64,000 nucleotides of DNA from Haliotis rufescens (taxonomy: Eukaryota): contig NW_025963791.1 of the NCBI RefSeq assembly GCF_023055435.1, positions 17,484,001 through 17,548,000 of the forward strand. Reading direction: 5' to 3'. Position 1 is the stretch's first letter. Each line of letters starts with the position of its first letter. The position numbers were made by a program, and so were the translations under genes. Below, in pieces: positions 14,001-25,829 of the stretch. Under the pieces are notes generated by a model. That model did not search any database. It was not told where the DNA came from and saw only the letters and a program-made list of their open reading frames with translations.

Positions 14001-14531
14001 TCCGAAGTTTCGTTTTGCGTCACACGGATGTACATGAATATTCATACACTCGTGGTTCACACATTTCCATAAGGACATTGCAATGTTCCGCACACTATGA
14101 TATATACGCCGATGTCGTAGCTAGTGGAAAACCGTGGTTTACAAAGCCATATGTGAGATTGCATGCAAGGTTCGATTCACGTCATGGGCTGGTAGTTTCA
14201 TATGAAAAAAATATTGTAACTTTTAATCAATCAAAACTCAACATTATATTCATATTAAAAGACAAGTTTATCAAATTCATCTGTAAAACCTTGGTCTCAC
14301 AATTCAATTATAGCTTGGGCATTTCCGTCCGTATGCCCGGGGTTTCCTGGTGAATGAATACATTCGCAGTTAGAGTTACATGTTAGAGTTATATCATAGA
14401 AGGTTTATAAGCTGGTCTCAGACGTTTACCACTGACGAACATAGAAACATAATCGGAGGGAAGCGTGAGATGAGGTGACGTGAGGTTTAACGTCGCGTCC
14501 AAGATTATTGCACTTATATTGCGACGTGCAT

Positions 14532-14583
<52 letters not shown>

Positions 14584-17069
14584 ATGACGATTTTATAGTG
14601 CTAAACCACTGAGACATCATGCCGCAGTACCCACTGAATACCCACTCAGACACAGTATACTGACCCCGAGCCGACCAGTCCTTGTTTTATCCCCGTAATG
14701 CCGTGTGGCAGGCAGGATAACAAGTACCCTCTTTCAACGTGTTTTGGTATGACGCGGCCGAGGATCGAACCCCGGACTTTCCGCTCTCCGGGCAGACCCT
14801 CTACCACTAGACCACGCAGGTGGTCTCGGGGCGAAGCGCGATTCGAACACACATTAGGTGTTTTGCGTGCTCAAGGACCCCACTCTGCACAGCGAATTGC
14901 CCAGAGAGTGTAAAGGAAGGGTTCAGAGACACTAACTGTCACGTACACATTTCTTTTTCATTGACAAATTGGTAGTTAAATTAGATGTGTGGGCATACAT
15001 GTCGGTCAAATCACACTCCAACATGAAAATAGTGATCTTAAAAGTCAAAAGTCATTTTATTACATGATGCATACATACTGCGTTCAGGATTGTACGGTGA
15101 TACGTTAAGTGCTCATTGTGGTATTAAGAGAATAACATTCTTTAATAATATGGCTGTCGTTGTTGAAAATCGGATCGGACGTGAGCACTTGTTAAAGATA
15201 AGTCCTACATAAATCTTGGGGTTTCAGTGATATCAAACATGGCACGGTGGACGGATGCCAGTTCATATAAGCTGCTTATTCTCTTGAAGTCACAGCACAA
15301 TTTAGATATACGATTAAGCTATAAGTTTCAATTAGGCAAATTACCCGAAGAAAGGGTGGTCTTGAGCTTCTCAAACAGGAACTCAAGACTATCATCCTCT
15401 GGAATGCTAGTTTCGAGGGCATCCACCAACTTCCTGTCCAGAGCAGCTTTGTTTTCACATTGCAGTGCCTGTGACAGATACTCCACTGAATGGAACGCGG
15501 TCTCTTGTGGTGCCGTGTAGTAAAATGGTGTCTTGTAAATCTCTTTGGCATCCTGGAATATATGAATGACATAGTTCCCGGGTGCAAGATCTGTGGAGAA
15601 GAAAATACATTCATTGAAGGTTTACCGTTAAAGTAGTATTCACGTATATTTCAGTGATCGGCGTATTTATGTTCAATATTATTTCGACTTTTGAAACTTG
15701 TGTTGTATTTTGTTCCATGAGAGAACCGAATAATGAGGGACGAATGATAACAATATGTGATCTGGTTGATGTGTCAGCCTGTCACATAGCTTTATCGTTG
15801 TCATGCTATTAAACACTGATTTGCACGATAAAGCGAGAATATAACTCGGTGTGGCGTAAAAGAGTATTAGTTTATACCGTCAGTACCTAACGTAATGATG
15901 GCGTTTTGCATTACATATACAGAATCACAACAAAGCCCACTTTTATCTGGAGAGACGACGCCCGGGTTATCGACATCATAACAATGTCAAGCAGGTTCAC
16001 AGAGAACAACGGAAGTTTATATCCAAAACTTCCGCAAAATATAACATTGTTGCTGACATTACAAGGAAACGTACCTGGTGCTTTCAACTTGACTGTATAA
16101 GGGTTAAGTTTCTTGGTGTCGTATTTGGTTGTAGGATCATTGAAGCTGACTTGAATTGTCCCCTTTTTCTCTTCTCTGAGAGCTATTACAATGTCATCCT
16201 GAGGCTGAAAGGGAGGTGAGAATAGTCAACTCAGAAATGTCGGGTATAACAAACTGTACCATCACTATTGACGTGGCGGCCTTATTGACAATCAATAGAG
16301 CAACTCTTAGAGGAGGTCCAATGAGAACAAGCATGACAAGGTTCATCTTCATTGGTCCAGTGGTTTCCGAAGAGAACATTTTTACACAGGGACAGTCAGG
16401 TCCTGACTCAGTCTGACGAGCTTACTCGCATTTAAAATATATCAAACAATAAAGTAACATAGAATATCATTATTCAACAGACATTACATATAATAAAATA
16501 ACAATGGTAACGATCTATGTAGAAAATCATAAACATACTCCATGAACGCGAGTGGGGATCACTTTAAGCTTCACATCAAAACTGGACTTAGATTCTTTCC
16601 TTCTCTCTGGCCTGGAAGGGGGAGGTGGGGGCGGAGCGTCACTCTGGTCCACAATGTCCATCATGTCAGCCACCATGTTTCTGTTGTCATTGTAATCGGT
16701 GCCTATCACATAATGCTTCCACGAAGACGATGCTCTATAATTCTCAGCGACAGCATCATCAAACTGCCCACTGTCCACATAGCACAAGACCGCTACGACT
16801 GTGGTTTTGCCATGCAACTGCTTGAAGGGCTCACTGAACCAGGTCTTGTCTGCCATGAACTGCAGCATATCTGGAGATGCCAGAATGATGACGAGATAGG
16901 ATTCCTTCACAGCCATAGCCACCTCTGGGGGGTTTTCATACTCCATTGAGTCTAAGTCCATTGATTTGATTCTGAGAGTTTTGTTCATTGCAAACAGTCT
17001 CATGAGGTACGAACTCCACTCTGCTGCATCCTGGACGTGGAATACCACAATGTCGTTCGACTTGGACAT
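2312..17069 (-). CDS. PIK3AP1: BCAP/PIK3AP1 (BANK1/Dof family) adaptor, spliced gene of about 670 aa: join of 17069-16539, 16204-16075, 15590-15345, 13199-12997, 10744-10651, 9970-9800, 6139-5969, 5510-5344, 3512-3357, 2461-2312 (or a donor at 2371 plus further exons)
   Basis: All ten exons have AG acceptors, the first nine have GT donors, and phases are consistent (0,1,1,0,1,1,1,0,0). The translation has BCAP-like motifs: DIVVFHVQDAAEWSSYL (TIR N-terminus), NPYTVKLKAP (DBB), YPTMLHFAAANGL (ankyrin), SQNELLEIMDGVKEG..EALMLFKAWQ (C-terminal coiled coil). The symbol denotes family homology; orthology is untested. Confidence 0.85.
2530..2985. repeat. Minisatellite, 25-bp unit ctatacaactatgtaccatacattc
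   Basis: Direct period of 25 (e.g. 2761, 2786, 2811). Confidence 0.9.
3357..3512 (-). CDS. PIK3AP1: BCAP-like exon 9
   Basis: ttcatcag|NTLRMMREEYNTVIDTV...RHVPQIS|gtacgt; 156 nt, phase 0 to 0, continuing the coiled coil. Confidence 0.75.
4545..5325. repeat. Heptamer-based repeat (ctaaaac/ctccaac) with a 42-bp higher-order block
   Basis: ctccaat-ctccaag-ctaaaac-ctccaac-ctctcag-ctacaac repeated at about 4756-5060. Confidence 0.85.
5344..5510 (-). CDS. PIK3AP1: BCAP-like exon 8 (conserved coiled-coil region)
   Basis: gtttgcag|ALPRVAMGSTSQNELLEIMDGVKEGNFNPHEALMLFKAWQQRNGERQSKSFKQRQ|gtaacg; 167 nt. Confidence 0.85.
5969..6139 (-). CDS. PIK3AP1: BCAP-like exon 7 (low-complexity linker)
   Basis: cttctcctgtag|ACAPASRPSQPTAPRLTRVNSE...VEDE|gtacgt; 171 nt, phase 1 to 1. 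Confidence 0.7.
6411..6659 (+). mobile_element. tRNA-derived SINE family D
   Basis: B box ggttcgaatcc and (ACTC)n tail. Second copy at 10131-10345(-) and a degenerate one at about 17715-17870(+). Confidence 0.65.
7650..7796. repeat. Long imperfect inverted repeat, probably the end of a non-autonomous DNA element (Crypton-like)
   Basis: gaatctcactcacgtgtcttc...aatatatcaaga pairs with tcttgatatattcg...gaagacacttgagtgagattc. The family assignment is inference. Confidence 0.55.
8703..8850. repeat. Short minisatellite, about 16-bp unit cgtagaaacaataaaa
   Basis: Direct tandem copies. Confidence 0.8.
9800..9970 (-). CDS. PIK3AP1: BCAP-like exon 6 (YMDM motif, Pro-rich)
   Basis: tctcctatag|FYMDMQGR...PPPPLQPRATRLPPVPNRPRRQSAD|gtaggt; 171 nt, phase 1 to 1. 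Confidence 0.8.
10651..10744 (-). CDS. PIK3AP1: BCAP-like exon 5 (YxxM motif YTHM)
   Basis: gtttgcag|ETAYLADACDLYTHMAAGYQNRIPEEETETE|gtaagt; 94 nt, phase 0 to 1. Confidence 0.8.
11107..11150 (-). ncRNA. Second minimal type-I hammerhead motif, inverted copy
   Basis: The reverse complement reads ggc CTGATGA gactcgtacgtggtacgagtt GAAA gcgc TA gct. Confidence 0.65.
11171..11214 (+). ncRNA. Minimal type-I hammerhead ribozyme motif (Penelope-like pLTR type)
   Basis: ggc CTGATGA gactcgtac-gtg-gtacgagtt GAAA gcgc TA gcc: both core boxes, a 9-bp stem II, palindromic stem III (AGCGCT), the UH site and a 3-bp stem I, followed by AATAAA. Confidence 0.7.
11285..11752 (+). mobile_element. Tc1 transposon 3' remnant
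   Basis: VQGNLTANRYMNNILQPHLLP...FQQDNAPPHTA; right TIR-like end gcgtttc(T)ngaagagtg followed by TA. Confidence 0.7.
12007..12164 (-). mobile_element. SINE family A copy with internal deletion
   Basis: Reverse-complement match to 691-860; flanking caatatgt duplication. Confidence 0.8.
12823..12985 (+). mobile_element. SINE family B copy, 3' truncated, next to the exon 4 donor
   Basis: gaagatccggggtag...cttgtcgtaagaggcgactaacgggatcgggtggtcagg. Confidence 0.7.
12997..13199 (-). CDS. PIK3AP1: BCAP-like exon 4 (ankyrin repeats)
   Basis: tctttcag|...QYPTMLHFAAANGLNEFCSCLLDVPGSLIAFQVENCDGRDPADLADVYNYPELAQYIRDFM|gtaagc; 203 nt. Confidence 0.9.
14465..14826 (-). mobile_element. tRNA-derived SINE family C with internal (CA)n
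   Basis: Head gaccacctgcgtggtctagtgg...ggttcgatcctcggccgcgtcataccaaaa. Related pieces at 19815-19925(+), 22248-22520(+) and 3045-3110(+). Confidence 0.7.
15345..15590 (-). CDS. PIK3AP1: BCAP-like exon 3 (DBB domain)
   Basis: ctccacag|DLAPGNYVIHIF...VEYLSQALQCENKAALDRKLVDALETSIP...|gtaatt; 246 nt, phase 1 to 1. Confidence 0.85.
16075..16204 (-). CDS. PIK3AP1: BCAP-like exon 2 (DBB domain)
   Basis: ccctttcag|PQDDIVIALREEKKGTIQVSFNDPTTKYDTKKLNPYTVKLKAP|gtacgt; 130 nt, phase 0 to 1. Confidence 0.85.
16539..17069 (-). CDS. PIK3AP1: BCAP-like exon 1: TIR-like domain plus poly-Pro linker
   Basis: MSKSNDIVVFHVQDAAEWSSYLMRLF...VIILASPDML...PPPPPPSRP...KVIPTRVHG. Acceptor tttttgcag before 17092, donor gtatgt after 16539. 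Confidence 0.85.
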
Positions 17070-18011
17070 CCTGGATGCCAAGTCTCCACGTTCTGCAAAA
17101 ACAAGCGGCTATGGTATAACATTACATTAGCAACATTGCACCTTTTACGTCTACTAGACACCATGACAGTACAACTGCATACCATGGCTGGGCCGATACG
17201 TGAGTATGTGATCGACACATAACGGGTGATAACGAACTTGTTGAAACTGTGTTAAGACTACCAAAATGACAAGGTGAGTAGGATACGTTTCAACTCTAAG
17301 GATTTTCACAAAAATAGCCAATTATGTACAACTTTATCTTTTAAATATAAATGTCCAATTTACAATAATCAGTGAGTCACGATCCACACTAGAAGTAGCT
17401 TATGACACCCCAGGTTCAAAGTCAAAGAATGTACATTTGTACTAGGGGCTTCTGTTCCATCTACACTGCAACATTCATATATTTCTTGTATGTTAAAAGC
17501 AGAGCGAAGTAACTCTTGGAGGTTTGATAACGCCATGGCGTCTTACACGTGTGAGCATAAAAATGGGACCTTGGATAAAAATGCAATTAGGTGTTGACAG
17601 CATTAAAATATACGTAGAATTAAACTATTTACAAAGCTACGTTTTCTGGGAGTACAAAATAACATTAATCTCCAATTCAATTTTACAAAAAAGGATTCCC
17701 TGCGGGGAGGAGCATGAGTGGTCCATTCGTCTTCACGCTTAAATATCGCCGTCCTTAGTTGTGCCAGAAACCTATGATTGTGGCATCACTTCAAACTTTC
17801 CTCCCACATCAATCTGACACGCTGTGCTATAACTGGAACACTGTTCACAGCGGTGTTAACTAATTCACTCAGTCACATTAAACATGTCATCACTTGTCAT
17901 ACATAGGTATTGAACAGGAGAGGGCAGTAGAAATGACACCGTTACTTGATTGTTTCTTCTTGTTCCTGACAGTGACGATAATGTATCATAGGATGAACAT
18001 ATTCACCACAA

Positions 18012-18257
18012 GTTTGTTTGTTTGTTTGTTGTTCAACGCCACACTCAGCAATATTCCAGCTATATGACGGCGGTCTGTAAATAATCGAGTCTGGACCAGA
18101 CAATCTAGTTATTGACATCCCGAGCATCGATCCACGCAATTGGGAAACGCTGACGTGTATCAACCACCCGTCAGTCGCCTCTTACGACAAGCATAGACGC
18201 CTTCTACGACAAGCATGGGTTGCTGAAGACCTATTGTACCCCGGATCTTCTCGGGTC
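18012..18257 (-). mobile_element. Dispersed repeat/SINE family B (gtcgtaagaggcgact core, (AAAC)n tail)
   Basis: Homologous copies at about 3163-3345(+), 3970-4172(-), 12823-12985(+), 22572-22798(+), 24780-24950(-) and 36093-36318(-). Confidence 0.75.
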
Positions 18258-18879
18258 TCTCATGTACTAATCCAGAGAAAAGATGACACAGAAAGTTATG
18301 TGAATGCGTATACTTGCCTTTTAGTACTAATCACAACAACGTGTTACTGGACATCTACCATCTGTCCTCCGTCATCAGAAGCCGCCATCATCTGAAATAT
18401 ACATGTTAGTGAAGAAACAGAATTCACAACATCTACATTAAGATACACGTCACATCTTTTCCTTCCGGTTTTTCCTTTCGACGAATGACGTACACTTGTG
18501 TCTATATTTGAACTTGACGGAGAGCCATGCATTAATCATACAGTTTTACTTCCCCCTGTTGTGAAATGTCATCAAATGTCTCCGGATATTGGTGTTAGTA
18601 TTTTATTACATAGCGGTGACACTATGTGTTACAGTGTGGGCCTACTTGAAATGTAACGTTGTGCGTATTTTAAACGGAACATTAATATGTCTAAGGGACC
18701 GACGATTCGTTTGTATGAGATTGGATGCTGACAAAACACCAAACCTTTTGTTTTTTATTTGAAACATTTTTTGTTAAAATCACTATGCAAAATGCATTTT
18801 TGTGGCATTAATTTTTTTGCGGTCTGAATCATAATTGTCTTTTCGTACATCACAACTACGTATATTTATATGAAACACA

Positions 18880-19200
18880 TCATATCTCAGTACAACTACT
18901 TATATGAAACAGATACTTCCAGTTATGATGCCCCAATACCACCATTCTATGAAACAGCTCCCACCAACTATGTCCTGTCTCAGTAAAACAACTTACATGA
19001 AACAGCTCCCACCAGCTATGTCCTGTCTCAGTATAACTACTTATATGAAACAGCTCCCACCAGCTATGTCCTGTCTCAGTATAACTACTTATATGAAACA
19101 GCTCCCACCAGCTATGTCCTGTCTCAGTATAACTACTTATATGAAACATATCCTACCAACTATGCCCTGTCTCAGTACAACCACATATATGAAACAGGCC
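18880..19200. repeat. Minisatellite, 48-bp unit
   Basis: tatatgaaacagctcccaccagctatgtcctgtctcagtataactact repeated. Confidence 0.85.
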
Positions 19201-20529
19201 CTACCTTCTCTGCCTACATGTACACGAGACGCGCAGTGACGCCACCCCTCGCCCACAAATGTCTGACCCAGGCACACCGAGTTAGAGCTGTAAGCACTAA
19301 AATTACATGTCAGCCAGGAATGACATGGATTCATGATACAATAAATCTTCCTGATTATCCAGGAAGTGCAAAGGTGAAGGTTAATTCACTCCATGGGCGC
19401 TTTTCATATCTGCAGATAATCGAGAAGGGGTTAGCTTAGGTTGGTTACCTTTGTTTGTTATGTAGGTTTATAGGAATTGACAAATGTATTAACAGTGCAT
19501 GTCGCATAACATCACGTACATTAAGTGGGAACGAAGACTCACCAAGGGAGAGATAACGCTTTATTATTCGTTCGATTGTAAGTAAGCGTAAACCCTAATA
19601 TGTCAATCTATTAAATATCGAGTAAATGAAATGACAGTGGCGTGTACCAAGTTGACAATGTCAAGTGACGTCATCCGGTATAGACGTTGACACTATTTTC
19701 CTAATGACAGAAGGCCTACACTACATAAACAGAGAGATTTGTCAACATCAAACTTCGCATGTGGCTTTAGGAAGTGACCATGTCCTTCAATAAAAATACA
19801 TGCACAGAAGATGTGACCGCCTTCGTGGTGTAGTGGACAGAGTCTGGCCGGAGAGCGCGATGTAGGTGGTCGATTCCCTTGCAGCGTCATACCAAAAGAC
19901 GTTAAATGATGGTCCTTGCTGTTACCCTACCAATGTCAGCTGTGACGAACACATCCAGATGACATAGTCTAAAGCGATACAGTCTATTACTACTTCTGTT
20001 TTATATAGACGCTGCAGAAGGAGTGGACCGTGTGATTACATCCACAGACACTGTAAATTTAAAATTATAGCTTTATTGACATAACATGAAAAAACACCCG
20101 CGTGAGAGCCAGAAGTCTATATCTGTTTTTCCTTGATGACCTATAGTCAACAGACCTACTTTCAAATGGAGGTCGTGCATCACTGTATCGGTTGGCAGTC
20201 AACTTCCTGGTTGCCTCGGTGTTCACGTGCAGATACACTGACGTCTCGCATTGTAAACAGATTAACAATCACTGTGTATCTATTACTTGTATAATATATC
20301 TACCTGGCTATACATTTGGGTATATATCTGTCAGTCTATCTATTTGTCAATCTATCTGTCTGTCTGTCTATCTTTCTATTGATCTATCTGTCGATTCTGC
20401 CTATTCCATATCGATCTGAAACTTTATGAATAAGAGGGGACAAATCTCATCATCTCTCTATACCTGTATATTTCACTGTGGTTTACTACTGTTAGTACTT
20501 CTAGCACAACTTACAATCTACTCGACTCC

Positions 20530-21780
20530 ATCTCCAACTATTTACTCTACTTTACTCTACTCTAACCATCTAATCTACTCTGTCAATCTCCAACTATCTA
20601 CTCTACTCAACTCCACTCTAGCCATCTAATCTACTCTGTCAATCTCCAACTATCTACTCTACTTTACTCCACTCTAGCCATCTAATCTACTCTGTCAATC
20701 TCCAACTATCTACTCTACTTTACTCTACTCTAGCCATCTAATCTACTCTGTCAATCTCCAACTTTCTACTCTACTTTACTCCACTCTAGTCATCTAATCT
20801 ACTCTGTCAATCTCTAACTATCTACTCTACTTTACTCCGCTCTAGCCATCTAATCTACTCTGTCAATCTCCAACTTTCTACTCTACTTTACTCCACTCTA
20901 ACCATCTAATCTACTCTGTCAATCTCCAACTATCTACTCTACTTTACTCCACTCTAACCATCTAATCTACTCTATCAATCTTCTTCTATCTACTCTACTT
21001 TACTCTACTCTAACCATCTAATCTACTCTGTCAATCTCCAACTTTCTACTCTACTTTACTCTACTCTAGCCATCTAATCTACTCTGTCAATCTCCAACTA
21101 TCTACTCTACTTTACTCCACTCTAGCCATCTAATCTACTCTGTCAATCTCCAACTATCTACTCTACTTTACTATACTCTAACCATCTAATCTACTCTGTC
21201 AATCTCCAACTATCTACTCTACTTATCCACTCTAACCATCTAATCTACTCTGTCAATCTCCAACTATCTACTCTACTTTACTCTACTCTAACCATCTAAT
21301 CTACTCTGTCAATCTTCATCTATCTCGTTTACACTGTCGGTCTCTTGCTATCAATCTGCACTCTAAATGTCTACTCACCTCCGTCAATCTCAAACCATCT
21401 ACTCTACTCCTTCAATCTCCAACCATCTACTCTACTCCGTACTCTACTCCGTAGATCTCAAAACATCTACTCTACTCCGTAAATCTCCAACTATCTACTC
21501 TACTCCGTAAATCTCCAACCATATACTCTACTCCGTAAATCTTCAACCATCTACTCTACTCCGTAAATCTTCAACTGTCTACTCTACTCCGTAGATCTCA
21601 AACCATCTACTCTACTCCGTAAATCTCCAACTATCTACTCTACTCCTTCAATCTCCAACCATATACTCTACTCCGAAAATCTTCAACCATCTACTCTACT
21701 CCGTAAATCTTCAACTATCTACTCTACTCCGTAAATCTTCAACTATCTACTCTACTCCGTCAATCTTAAACCATCTACTC
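20530..21780. repeat. CT-rich satellite: 56-bp units (20530-21320), then related 28-bp units (21380-21780)
   Basis: Periods measured directly (20582/20638; 21475/21503). Confidence 0.85.
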
Positions 21781-22385
21781 TCCTGTGCTAATCTTCAAAT
21801 ACCAACCAGCACCTATATAAGACAAACTCTATCAAGCCTATAAATCAGGCATGTGCACGATATCTCTAAATCTAAATTATCAAAATTTAAAGTCCATGCC
21901 ATATATTTAAATGAGTAATTGATCATCAACAGATGATGTTGTTCACGTACATGTACGCACGAAGTACGATAACGTCAACAGTCATACAAAACCAATAAAC
22001 CCCCTTCACATGTAAACTCTCGCGTATGTGATACCCAAACACCACTCACACCAAGCCCCCTACCACAGCACGCTAGCTCTATACTTCTTCCTGGTTAGCA
22101 AGGTAATCAATGTACTCTGATGCTAAACACAATGTGTATTCAGACACGCATATACAGATATATTTACCAAGGGAAAGGTGATATCAGTGAAAAATGTTCG
22201 TCAGCATGCACTTCCTGTATACAAAACCTATTGTTACTTTCCCCTTTCTAGCGCTCGGCATTAAGGGATGTAAAAAGGACTGGTCGGCTCGGAGTCAGTA
22301 TACTGTGTCTGTGTGGGGTATTCATGTTAAACTGCAGCATGGTATCTCAGTGTGTTAGCACTTTAAAGATGCCATGATACACTCA

Positions 22386-22417
<32 letters not shown>

Positions 22418-24305
22418 TGCATGCACGCACGCACACACGTGGCTGCAAGTCGCCATATAAGTGCAATAATCTTGAAAGCGACGTTACACCTTACCTCACT
22501 TCAACACACCTCAACTCACCTACTGGTGCTATTGACGGCTTATGACCCCCAAACATGTACCTCTAATAGGTGACCCCCGGGACAGAATCCCCAGCAACCT
22601 ATGCTAGTCATAAGAGGAGACCGAATGGATCAGATGGTCAGGGTCGGTGGTTTGGATGATAGTGTGTCAGCGTACCCCGACAGCGAAGATCTATGCTCAT
22701 TATATCTATCATTAGACTGTTCAGAGTCGATTATTCACAGTCCACCGGTAGCTGGTATATTGCTAGGGACGGCGTCAAACAACAAACAAACAAACAAAGC
22801 AAAATAGCTGCACTGTTGGTGTCCTCCAATTAGTTAGACGTCCCAATAGTTAGACAGCTTATAACAACACTTTAAACGGTTGAGTGCACCCAATCCTTAT
22901 GCTTGTTACCTCAGCCAAATGGAATAGTCCAGATAAGATCTGACAAACGAAGCAAAGCAGCTTTAAATAGATACTTTAATATTATACTTAACATTTAATG
23001 GCACTTTACATTTGATAAATTTTATACAGTTTGTAACAACACTTTGTGACAGTTTTTGGTAATGTACACTTTACATTATGTAACTTTTACAGTTCATTTA
23101 TCCCAGAGGAAGCAAGTGTCCACAAGCATCTAAATACTCAATAGACTTGTCACCCTGCTGCAGCTGATCTTTGAGGCATACCAGGCGGTTCTCTGTCTCT
23201 CTGTCTCTAAATGTTACCATCACAACAGCAGTGCACTTAACAAGCATGACACATCAGATTCATTGCGTAATATACCCCTGCATGAAGCTTGCATTGGTCG
23301 ACTGAAACTTCCTGAGCTTTTCATAAAGACCTCATTCCATCCCACGCCATCCATTGTTAATGACAGATTCAGCACAGAAAAAACAAACATAACACTCTTG
23401 GTTTAAACCCTAATTATGTTTTTAATAAATTATGTTACATGGACGGAGCATGTTATGTATCTGCACTTGATCTTTGGAAAATGTCATAGGCGTGTGAAGA
23501 CTTGATTGAACGAGCAGCTCCCGAACCTTTACACACCAGTATGTGCAGCTGTTTTTGTTTCGTGTGAAAATGACCTTTTGTGCTTTAGCCATATGCATCA
23601 CCCACACATTTGAATGGCATCAACGGATATATTGGATGAAATTTAATTTTACTTTTCTACAGTTTCGTGCATTGCTGTTATGACTATATCTTAATCAGAT
23701 TTTACGATCTCAGATCTCGAACTTACGATTTCATGCATGATCGAAGTAATTAATATTACCTGGTATATACCTGACTTAATATTACCCGGTTAGCACATTG
23801 CATATCCAACATCTTGACTACCCCCTATCCCCTTTACAAAACGGCTGTTGTTGGTTACGCCGCTGTAGGCATGTACGTGTACGTGTACGGTTTGAATAGC
23901 TCGACGTCACAGTTCTTTCAAACCTGCCAGGAGTCTTAGAATTGTTACATGACCTACGAGACCTCGCACGCAGGGACTGAAATCAACAGAAAGCCTATAC
24001 ATGTACTTTGTACTTGGCGCTGTTTGTCAGGCAAGCGTATTGAGAAGACGGTGTGCCTGCTCGTTGAGAGGGCACGGTTTGTGTTCGTTCGCATGAACAC
24101 TCTTTTTTTCGGATCATTTGTCGACATAAAAACTCATACAATTCAAATATTCCAAAGGCATAACCCAGTTTTTAAATCCGTTCCGTTACGGTGTCGTGTT
24201 TTATGAGGACCAGCATTTTGTTTCACAGTGTCGGCAATTCTGGTCCGGCAAATACGGATTGTGAGTTTTAAAAAGCCGGGAAACGTATATATTCTAGAAG
24301 CCAAC

Positions 24306-24479
24306 GAGTGAGTGAGTGAGTTTGGTTTTACGCCGCTTTTAGCAATATTCCAGCAATATCACGGCGGGGGACACCAGAAATGGGCTTCACACATTGTACT
24401 CATGTCGAGATTCGAACCCGGGTCTTCAGATCAGCCCCGACGAGCGAACGCTTTAACCACTAGGCTACCCGACCGCCCC
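24306..24479 (-). mobile_element. SINE family A copy
   Basis: Reverse-complement match to 691-860; degenerate TSD agaagccaacga / agaagtcaatga. Confidence 0.85.
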
Positions 24480-24977
24480 AGAAGTCAATGAAGGTTATGA
24501 AACAAAATTTGCCAACCCGATTCTGCTTAATCCAAATGTTAGAAACATAAAATGTCTTTCCCATGACCTTAATAGACCATCATATATTTCCTTATTGTTT
24601 GGAGTAGATCTCATTCTGAATATATACGATATGGATGTCAAAACCAAAACCAAAACAGTCAAATGGTATTTCCAATTTATGTAACTTTAATTCTTGCCCT
24701 TTCGATTGTTAGAAGAAACCCAAATGTAATTGCTTTCGAACCGGAATTCATCAGTGGTATTGTTAAGACATATAAAATGAGTGAGTGAATGTTGTCAAAC
24801 GCCGCATTAAGACATTTTCCATTTGTATAACGGAGGCATGTAAGTGGTCATGTCTGGCCCAGACAAACCAGTGGTTGATATTATGAGTAATGTCTCACGC
24901 CGTCGGGATTGATAACGCGCAATAAACCAGGTCGCAGGGCCTGACCACCATTCCATTTACATTGAGATGCCAGAACT

Positions 24978-25157
24978 GAGTGAGTGAGTGAGTGAGTGAG
25001 TGAGTATGGTTTTACGCCGCTTTTAGCAATATTCCAGCAATATCACGGCGGGGGACACCGGAAATGGGCTTCACACATTGTACCCATGTCGGGAATCGAA
25101 CCCGGGTCTTCGGCGTGACGAGCAAACGCTTTAACCACTAGGCTACCCGACCGCCCC
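24978..25157 (-). mobile_element. SINE family A copy, young
   Basis: Near-consensus copy with (GAGT)n tail; gccagaactgag repeated on both flanks. Confidence 0.85.
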
Positions 25158-25829
25158 ATATATGCCAGTAAACTTATAGCCAGAACTGAGAAGGTTCCGT
25201 GGAGGTTATGAGGTCAATGTTCTATCTTGGTAAAATACTCTTTGCTATTTGAGAGTGTTGACAATAACGTAATATAAATGTACTGAAAATAGAGAACATG
25301 CTCTATGTATTTACACAATTTGAGGATGTAATAATATGCTATGAAAATGAAGTAATATATATTTGTTATAATTATATAATAATTTGCGTTTAGTATCCTA
25401 CCTTGTCTGGGTTGGTTTATTGCTTTGGAAACGTATCAGCCGATGGACTAATGATTATAAGCTGTTTGTCAAATGGGGAGATTAAAATTAACAGCTGTGT
25501 CGATGTACATTATGCACTGAAGCAGACAAACACGCTTTAAATTCTTTTTATAACTTTAATTAACTTCCCTGTTGGAGACATCACGATGTATTAAAGGATA
25601 TGTCTCTAGCTGCTAAAAGAGATTACTGCAAAACCGCGATAGTCCGGACCACGTTAATCCGAAAACCCCACCTTCCAGCATATTACTGCTGGGAACGCTC
25701 ACATGTACAGTACTTTGTAACCATAGCTCGTTTATCCGAAACCTTGTTGATACGAACGATGGTAGGGGGATTAACGGGGTTTCATTTTGGAGATATGTTC
25801 AACTATTACACGCTGTGGCATATGGGGTG

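Noticed and set aside
18318-18391. Upstream exon encoding MMAASDDGGQMVDVQ as the BCAP-like N-terminus
   Set aside because: It has a good acceptor but no phase-1 donor to join exon 1 in frame. At most it is a 5' UTR exon with a uORF; unresolved without RNA data.
22810-23630. Possible pogo/Tigger-like transposon fragment
   Set aside because: Only weak sub-terminal repeats (tagttagac) are visible; no transposase motif could be read with confidence.
24725-24760. Third hammerhead candidate on the minus strand (CTGATGAattccggttcGAAA)
   Set aside because: Stems II and III do not pair convincingly.
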